Part shown: one piece after another, positions 37,924 to 47,600 of the stretch | Layout: every line of letters starts with the position of its first letter | How positions within the stretch are numbered: position 1 is the stretch's first letter | From: an uncultured virus (IMG/VR IMGVR_UViG_3300025466_000016) | Lineage: Duplodnaviria > Heunggongvirae > Uroviricota > Caudoviricetes | DNA length: 64,000 bases | Direction: 5' to 3' (one strand) | IMG/VR virus record: IMGVR_UViG_3300025466_000016 | Made by a program: the position numbers and the translations under genes | Notes under the pieces: model-generated | What the model was told of the DNA's origin: nothing | The model's input: only the letters and a program-made list of their open reading frames with translations | Databases searched by the model: none

Positions 37924-38619
37924 TTATCCGTTCGTACTTAAATTTGTCAATGTTTGAATACGTACAGTATAATCTATTTGAATTAATCGATTTAGTGCCT
38001 TTTGCACAGGATGAAATACTACGTGTGTTAATAACAAACCAGTAGATGTTAGACCGCTTGTGCCATCTGTACTACGCCCACGTAAACCTAATTCATCAAA
38101 AACATATTCTCCACTCAGGTTGGTGCTATTATCAAACACAGCCTGCCCACTTGGCTCACCGTAGTCTAACAAACAACTTACTAAAATATCAGTATACACA
38201 GTACCCGGTACGTGTGTTATTGTCATTTTATTATTAACTGGATCTGTGTTAGCAATCGCGGTATTGTCAACAATTTTACTGTATGTTGGATTGTATAAAT
38301 TTGTAGCTTGACCTACTGTGTTTGTAGGCAAATATGTAATAATCCCAGTAGGGTCTACGCTAGTGCCACCATTACCAAAATTCATTTCATAGATAAAATT
38401 CTGAGATTTATTAGCAATTGAACTGGCTAATGCAACACTAAAGTTTTCATAGTGAATAGCATTTGGTTTATCAATAAAAACCTCTTTAGTTTCTGGATCA
38501 AATATTTTAATATGCCCGCGGACATAAATTCCACTTGATTCATTTGGGCGTTTTTCTTGGTTTTCCACTGCGTGTTCCTCTGTATTAGTTAAATTTTTAC
38601 TTGTATCAGTATTTATCAT
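37924..38619 (-). CDS. baseplate/tail structural protein (231 aa)
   Basis: Lies between the giant baseplate gene and the fibres; VFDELGL...HVVFHPVQK. The start may be a later GTG after GAGGA. Confidence 0.7.
   Translation of the reverse strand: MINTDTSKNLTNTEEHAVENQEKRPNESSGIYVRGHIKIFDPETKEVFIDKPNAIHYENFSVALASSIANKSQNFIYEMNFGNGGTSVDPTGIITYLPTNTVGQATNLYNPTYSKIVDNTAIANTDPVNNKMTITHVPGTVYTDILVSCLLDYGEPSGQAVFDNSTNLSGEYVFDELGLRGRSTDGTSGLTSTGLLLTHVVFHPVQKALNRLIQIDYTVRIQTLTNLSTNG
38609..38618 (-). promoter_or_regulatory. putative late promoter TGATAAATAC
   Basis: Same GATAAATAC core as at 53360 and 59421. Confidence 0.5.
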
Positions 38620-41600
38620 GGCGTATATCCTGGAGATTGCTTCAAGAAAGTAGCTTGGGCTGTAGTACTATTGATTAGCCCTGTGCCGTTGGTAGCTGTT
38701 CCTGCGCCAGGTGTGTACCAATCTTGTGTTTGTGCTACATAACTATTTGATGTTATAACAACATTTCCTGTAGAAGTTATAGTGCCTAATTTAGTAGGAG
38801 TTCTTGTAGTTACATTTCCAACAGTTTGTCCGTTTATCTGTACAGTATTTGCTGTACTTACAAGATTTCCGCTGACAAATATAACCGGTATTGATGTTGT
38901 TGAATATGCGTTAGCGTTAGCTGTTGTTACATTAGCTAAAATATTAGCAAAATATTGTGCATATACGTTACCGGTAGTTACGTAGAACTGATTACTATAA
39001 GAAAGTACGGTACCCGGACTTACCACCAAATTGGCTGTCCAAGGAGTTGCACCGTTAACTGTGCCCAAGACACGTAGGTTTGCCACTACCGCTGAGTTTG
39101 CTGTACAAGTTTGTGTAATATAATCGCCAATGTTTGCTGACAAATATGGATAGCCAGCCAATGGTAAATTGTAACTTATATTGGCTGTTACTGTGTAGCT
39201 AGTTCCAGCTGCAACAGATACGTTGGCAATGTTTGCATTAGGAATAACTTGCTGTATACTAGCATCAACTACACGTAGATTTGCGCTATGTGTAGCCGGA
39301 GTTCCTGTACCGTCAACACCACGACGTATTTGTCCTAATACATTACCAAAAGTAGAAATATTACCTATTAAATTGACCTTTGAACTTATGTTAGCAAAAG
39401 TAGAGTCATATACATTCCCAGTAGTAACATAAATGTTACCGTTGTATGTAATCACTGTGTCAACTGGTAATATTACATTAGCTTGCCATGCTGTCTGATA
39501 ACTGTAGTTTTTGTAGTAAGTAATCTTCTCGCCACCAATGAATACTACACCAGGAATTGCCAAATTGGCATTTGGTTGTGGTAATATACTTGCATTAACA
39601 ACATGAATGTTGCTGTCAGTCATTGACAAATTACTTGTTAATGTTGTTACGTTGGCATTGGCTATTCTATAGAAAGAATGTGTGCCATTCATATCATCAA
39701 ACAATCTAAATGCATAATCGTTTGTGCTGGGCGCAACATTAGAAAACACTTTAATATCTAAACTGTCAAATACTCGACCAGGGATTAACTCTTCAGGAGC
39801 ATGACTACTAAATGTACTTACGTAGGCACCACCATCGATTAAGATATTACCTGGATCAATACCAAAGTTTGTTGTAAATGCACTTGAAATAGTTGTGTCA
39901 TAGACATTACCGGTAAATGTATTACCATCAACGATAACGCCGGGATAGGTAATACCATCACCAATAAGATCTAAATTAACATTTCCGTTAAATGCTGTAA
40001 TACGATCGTTGGCAACGTTAAAGCTGTTAGCATTAATTTTAGTAACATTTGTCACAGGGAACGAAAGGTTAGCTGCAATCGTATAATTATTGTTTAGTTT
40101 ATATAACTGTTGGTTTAGTACAATAATAGTATTGGCAGCAATTGATTGACCTACGTTGGCACTTGTAACATTGCTCCAGAATACAAACGTATTAGCGGCA
40201 TGATACGTAGTGCGATCAAATTTAATTGTAGTCGAAATACTACGTACCAAATTATGCGAATTGGCGGCAAATCCAGTAAAGGCATTGCGTAGTACAGCAT
40301 AACCCTTGGCTCCAGATCCGGCACCATTAATGATAACAGTTGGAACCGATGTATATCCCAAACCCGAAGATGTTACTACTATGCTACTAACTCCACCGGA
40401 GCTGTTGATATTTGCTGTTGCTGTTGCACCATATCCATTACCACCTGTTATAACAACCTGTGGTGGAAGTAGGTATCCCGAGCCAGGGTTTTCAATGATT
40501 ACATCAACTACTTGATATTTGTAATTGTTATACCATTGGCTATATACACCAGTTTGCTGTATGTCGGCATCGTAACTTAATTCACCACTTGGGCTACGAT
40601 AAACTTGTACATTGGCATCCCAATAAGGAGGCAAATCAAAGTCTGTGATGTCGCTACCATATGTGTCGTTGCCAATATAATCAACAACGAATTCTCTAAT
40701 TACTGATCTATAAGGCTTAACTTCCTCAATATATTGAAGATAAAAGTCTTGGTTATCAGGAATATAACTTGGGAACTCTTGTAGTTTACGAATGCTTTGT
40801 GTGGCACTAATAAAACTAGTTTTAAATGCCCAATCAATATTCTTTTGTTCAGCCATGATATACTTAATCAGAGTAAAGAATAATTGATTAAATCGTACTG
40901 CTAGATCATCAATGAAAATATCATTTACTAATGCTAATAAGATTTGACGGAATTCTATATTAGGAATATTTACGTCGCCACCGGGTAATTGAATTGTACC
41001 GTTCTGTATACCGACAGTGGTCTTAGTTAATGTGCTGTCGTAATGATAAATTGCAAAATTTCCAGCGCCGGTATCTAATACCTTAACGTAGGTATTTGGC
41101 TGTAGGGTTATTTTTCCAAGTTCTAATTGATTAGCCACTGTGACGTCAATGGTTGTTGTTGGATCAAATCCTGCAACATACCAATCAGCATACGACCACC
41201 ATAGATTGGTTTTGTATAATTGTACCCAAGGTGTTCCGTCGGGACGAGTAGCTACTATCCATGCTGTTCCTGTCCACACATAAATGTCCCATTTGCCGCT
41301 GTTATTGCTGTCGTTCTTGACTAATACTTGATATCCTGCTGAAATTAAATTGGTATCAACATACCCAAGTTCCTCAAACGTAGCAACAGATAAGGAATAA
41401 TATCCAGTTGCTGTATTTGGTGCTGGTTCTTCGCTGTTAAGAGTAGTCAATACCTTGCGTTCTGTTACAGGATACTCTATTAAAAATTGATTAGTTAAGA
41501 TAACAATATTGTATACCGCGGTATTGACGTCCACAATAGCCGATTGTCTTGGACGAATACTAATACCATAGGCTTGGCTTGGTAATAGTGCAGGATCAGG

Positions 41601-44600
41601 AACTGGATTTCCAGCTTGGTCGATTCCTGCAAGGCTGTCAAGTAGTTTACTAATAATGTTAGCAGGAAGTTTACTTGTAGGATTTCCTTCTTGTACAAGA
41701 GCATACTCACTGTGTACTAATTTAGTTTTAACATCTTGACTACCCAACTGTAATATGGTATTTTTTCCAGTTAACAAATGGTTAACATTGTGTAGGGCCA
41801 CTGTGTCATTGCGTAATATTGTTGCATACGGAATTCCCTGGCTCTGTGGATTTGCAATCGCTGCCGAAATACTTACTACGCTGTTTTGTTTGCCAGCAGC
41901 AGTATTAACAGTATCAAGCCCCTTAACCCAGTAATAGTATTTTACTCGAACTGCACCATTGTTATCTACATATCCATACGTGCTATAGGCACTATCGTCT
42001 GGATGTAGTGGTGTTCCTGTTCCAGTATACTGACTAGGAAGTTGTGTACTTTCAATCCACTCATATACGCTAATTTGACTACCGGGGAAACGATTACTCC
42101 ATTGAGTAAGTCTGTAGATTAATGCATCTTGCTCGTAGTCAATATAACGCACATCATCAAGATCCCACCAAATTTTACCAACTTGTCTTGGTCCCCAATG
42201 TAAATCTGCTACTGTTACACCTGTGCCACGATTATACAATGCTGGATCGTAATCTAATTTGTAGTCAATATCAACATTGGCAACGTTTAATACTTTACCT
42301 TTGCGAGGGTCAATAAAATCAAGAGCAGCTAATATATTGTTGTTTGATTTATTATACATTAATGTACGTGCAACGCTGTCAATATCAACGTAAGGCTGTT
42401 GCTGTCTTGTTATATTCCATGCTGTTGTTTGTGTTGGATTTGTAAACAAGTATGCATCACCATATAGATTACTGTGTCCTGGTGCACCAACAGCAATATA
42501 TTGACGAGTAACGTCAACGCTAGATCCGAATGCATCACCATATTGTAATTGTGCTTCTAATTCCTGTGTATAGATATAGGTGTTATCCAATGTTTCAAAT
42601 ATGTATGTGGCGCCACTACCAACAATGTGATCTAAGAAATGTGTTGTTGCACTATCAATTACTGTAATATTATTATCAAATGTAGTCATTTCGTCACTCG
42701 ACGAACCGATACTGCCGATGGCTAACACTTGGCTATCACCGCTTACACTTACACTGATACCAAAATTGCCAACATCATTGTTAGGATGTGCAAGTACCCG
42801 ATCCTTAGAGTAAGTTCCACTTATTAAAGACCATTGTTCAACAGAACCACTAACATGCCCAGACGATGTTGCATTTGGTGCACCAATATATAAGTTACCG
42901 GCTGTGGAGTCAATGTCTAAACTTGCACCAAAATTTGCGCCTTGGTTTTTAACGCTAGAAATAGTTTGATTTAACGATAATACATTTCCGCTACGTGAGT
43001 ATACATAGACATTACCATTTTGTGCATAGGTATTTGTTGCTGTTGGCGCACCAACAAACACAACATTACCGTTGGTGTTTGTCTTAACAACATTACCAAA
43101 GGAACCTGTATTAACAATTTTTGTGGCCCAGACATATCGTGCGTTTGCTGAACTAGGTGTAGTGTTTGCTACGTAAGCATGTACTTGATTGTTACCACCA
43201 ATGTACAACCATGTTTGGTCTGCACTCATTGATATGCTTGTTACATTGCCTACTAAGTTTGCACTGGTAATAGTTTGTAACGCTGTAATAGTGTTACCGT
43301 CTTGTCTATAAATGTAAACATTAGAGCTACTTGCTATTGATAATAAATTACCTTGACTATCAATTGATTGTCCAAAGTTTAAATCGGCCACTGTAATTGT
43401 CGCAGGTGCAGCTGTAGTTACTGGTTTAGCAAATACTTGATGGCTGCCCGGACTACCAGTGAATACATAGCTGTTATCAGAACTAATTCTAATAGACGAT
43501 CCAAATTGTCCGGCGACGGTAGTGTTACCTGTTGATTTAACAGCCGCATTACTCAACCACGGATGGCGATAGGTATAAACTAGCCAGCTGCCATTTGCAT
43601 CTTGATCAATCCAAATTTTGTCATTATCGATCCAACCGTTACGCGGTGGAGTATAAGTGAGTAAATTGCCAATTGTGCCAACTCTTGCAGAATCTAATGA
43701 ATAAACTGTGCCAGGTCCAGTAACTGTATTCATTCTAATTAGATATTGTAAAGGACTAGGTTCTGTTAGGCTTGGAGAAACAGTACTAATTGACAATACC
43801 ACACTCAATGGATTTGGAGCAGATACTACTACATAGATTCCATCGTAACGAGGATTAAAATATTTTAAAACTAGACTGTCGCCAGCTTTAAAATTATGAG
43901 GATTATCAAAAGTTAATTTTCCGTAGTCGGATTGCATATAAGTCAACGAAGTTGCTAGTACTTGAGTTTCGTTAACTCGTAGTACGTCCCAAACACCTAG
44001 ACCATTTTTAGCAGTCCAAATTTTGTCTCCGGCGCCAAGTTTACTAACTGGTGCTGTAAACTTGTCAAGACTGAATACAGTATAATCAACATCTTGTAAA
44101 TTAACATATCCGGCAGTTGGTATATCAGTTGTATATACTGTATCTACACGATTACTATATAATGCTGTACTTGTACTTGCTAAGTTGCTTGCATTATATA
44201 CGTTAGCCGATGATAAGTTAGCAATAATATTACCAGTAGTTGCTACGGTATTAAAGGTAAACGCGATCGGATTAGTTGTAAACACACTTTGATCTAAAAC
44301 AAATTCAGTAAACTGATTGCTGTTAATACCACCGTAGTTACCAACGTTAAATGCCCATTCTTCGTAGACATTAACATTACCGTTGACGTTATTAAAGGCC
44401 GCCTTGGTTAATGCTGTAATAGCATTCATTGAGCCTTTTTCTTTGATGTAGCCTTGATAGAATTTAGTTTGTGTAGGAATACTAATTCCCAAATCTGTCA
44501 AATATTGACGTTGACGGAATCCAATTAGGCCGGCAGAATATTCTTGGAAAGTTTCATCGCTTGGAGGATTGTCTACATCATATAGGTGTGCGAACTGGCC

Positions 44601-47600
44601 AGCATTTAAACTAAAGTTTTGTAGTAATCCAGTTTGTATAGATTCCTTTTGTATTTGCGACCACAGAACATTATTAAAACTTTGGCTAGCAGGAATATCC
44701 TTTGTAGCTGTGTAATAAAAATTGTTATATAGTACAATATCGCCTGTTCGGTAGTCCGTTCCGGCTACCCACGATTCAATCATCGGATCGCTATAGATAT
44801 AACCAGCAGCACTTAATGCACCTGTCCAGGCGCCAGTTTTTTCTCCGGATACCTTTAATCTAAACTGGCGTGTACCTTGTTCAGGAACATAGATAATATC
44901 GCCAAAGTCACTCTTATTGTCAAATACTAATACATGTTCGTATTGTACTAAATTTAATCTAGCAAAACATATAGTTGATCCATCTAATGTTCTTAGAATA
45001 AATCTGTTACTGGCCACAGGAGATTCTGTTCTAAGTAAAGAAAAATTGCTACTCTTAATAGGTACAAAATTTTGATCTAGAATAATACTTTGATTTGGAA
45101 GATTAGTAATTTCGTCTACTATTGTTCCTGCTGTTGTTAATTGCAACGCAGTAGTTTTAGGATTTAAAATAATTACTGTACCGGCGGCCCATCCTTGTTG
45201 TGCCCAATATACTAATTCTTTAACGCTTAATGTCCAGTTATTGGTTTCACTTAAATCTGTATTGTATGTGTCAAACGTAAATCCAACGGATGTTAAATAT
45301 CGTTCATAGCTAATTAAAAAATCAGCTACTTGTTGTACAGTAGAAAATTCAGTGCCATACGGTATTGCTTGTATAGTTTTTGAACTGTCTTCGTATATTT
45401 GTACAGAAATATTGTTGATAGTTAAAGTATTACTATTGCTGCTAGCAACGCTAGGAATAATATTAAAAAACGGAATGCTAGGATCGTAACCCGATACTGT
45501 ATATCCATTAATTGTGCGTTCAACAATTACAGCACTATATGTTGCTGTAGCAAGAGGAACTGACTTATTTAAATAAATTTTATAGTTAGTATCGGGAAGG
45601 ATAACACTACCATTGGTTGAACCTGGACTGGTCTGTTCGGCACTAACCGTTAACATCTTGTAGTCCGTAAATCCAGCCATTTTGTAATTAAGTTGTACAG
45701 ATAATCTATTAAAATAATCACTAAGTTTTGCCACTGGGTCAATACCTAGATTTTTAATACTATCTCCAACCCAGTTAATATATCCACTGGTACGTACAGT
45801 TGTTCCTGAAGATGAATCACCGTTAACATTTAACAAGCTAGGTGTAATGCGTTGGTTAACCGAGTTACTAAATTGGCCTGTTGCTGAATTAATATAAAAA
45901 TTAGAAGTATCTAACTGTGTGCTGAAATAATCTGCTGGGCGCATTAATGCCAATGCTGTTTGCATTGCATATGGGAAATCACTACTACGACGCCATGCTG
46001 TTTCTGCTGGGCCTTGTTGTCCAAAAGAAAAATCAAGACCGGCCTGTGCCGAATTATATGCACCGTTTAGCGGAATTTCGATTGGGTTTATTAAGTTACC
46101 AGCAGCATCAACAGGTATAAAGCCAGTTAATCCTGGACGTGCAAATCGTACGTCGTTGTAAGCTGAAGAGTTGCTACCATTCCATATGTAACCTGCTTCT
46201 AGGTCGGCCCAAAGTACAGTATTACCGTTGGTGTACGGAGCAGGACCATAACGTGTAGCCCACCAACTTGGTTGGCTGCTAAATCCTAGCATTTCCCAAG
46301 GTGTTAAGTTTGGAGTATCGGTATCAAACCAATAGTTGTAAATAGCTCTCCATGAGCCTTGTAAAAATGATTTATCAACTACATCAGGGAAACGACTATA
46401 GTTCCACGTCCACGCATTATTAGCATCAAATGTGTTGTTTGATATGTAATTAATTTTATTTGCGCCAACCCAGGACAAAAAGTCTCGACTAATAATTTGA
46501 TTATACTCGGCTAATGAGTAATCAGTATTTCTAAATCTACCAGGAATAGTGTCGTGTATATTAAGATTATTCTTACTGTAATCAACTTTAATATTGTTGT
46601 AAATGCGAAGTTCTAATTCTAACAAATAGTCATCTCGGAAATCGCCAAATGCTGGAGTGATGCTGCCATCGTGACCAACTATTACATTAACCGGTGTTTG
46701 GTAAGTGTTGTCAAGATATAGCAAAGGATTAGACTTTGGATACAGTCCTAGTTTAGTGGGAGTTTCTGGAATATAATTTCCGTCAGTATTAGCATAGTCT
46801 TTGATAACAATTTTATCCCCAACTGTAAAAGATCTGGAGAATGTAATTACTGGGCTGATTAAACTAAAAACGTAATCTTTGCCAACTGTCTGTTGAACCC
46901 CGTTTACATAAACTAGTACAGCGCGATTACTTAATACGGTGTTGTCAAATATTGAGCCAATTTCATAATTCATTTGCCCAGCATTTAATACAGTATATGC
47001 TGTTTCTGTATATTCTCCGCCTTGCGGAACCATATCGCTGTAATACCAAGGGAACGAACTGTTTTTAACAGCATTAATTGTTTGTAAAATTGCGTCAACA
47101 CCGGCCGCTGGATTTTTATAATCCAAGCCAGACATAGTTGAACATAAAGATAAGAATTTATTTTTAAATTTTTGATATTCTTTTCTAGCTAAGTTAATAC
47201 CATTGATAAAATTAACTTCTGGATCACTTAAAAATGTCATCGCATATATCAACGGACTTGTATGCTGTAGTAGTGTTCCACCTTGTCGTTTTAAATAGTT
47301 GTCCTGTGTAGGAATACTGGTTGTTGAACTTACGCTGGTATTTTCAATTAATTTATTGTAATGACTACGCAATTGACCTAGTGTAATAGTATTGAAATTT
47401 GTATTCAATGGGTTAAAATCTAAATTACTAGGAATTTCATAATAGGCAGTTGAACTTGATGTATTGCTGAAAATTAATACATCAATTTTATCGCCAACGG
47501 CTGGCATAGTATTAAAAGCAACAACATAATATACACCAATTGGTGTTATTGTATAATCCGTTACAGGATTTAATAATGTATTGTTTAAATATACTTTTGT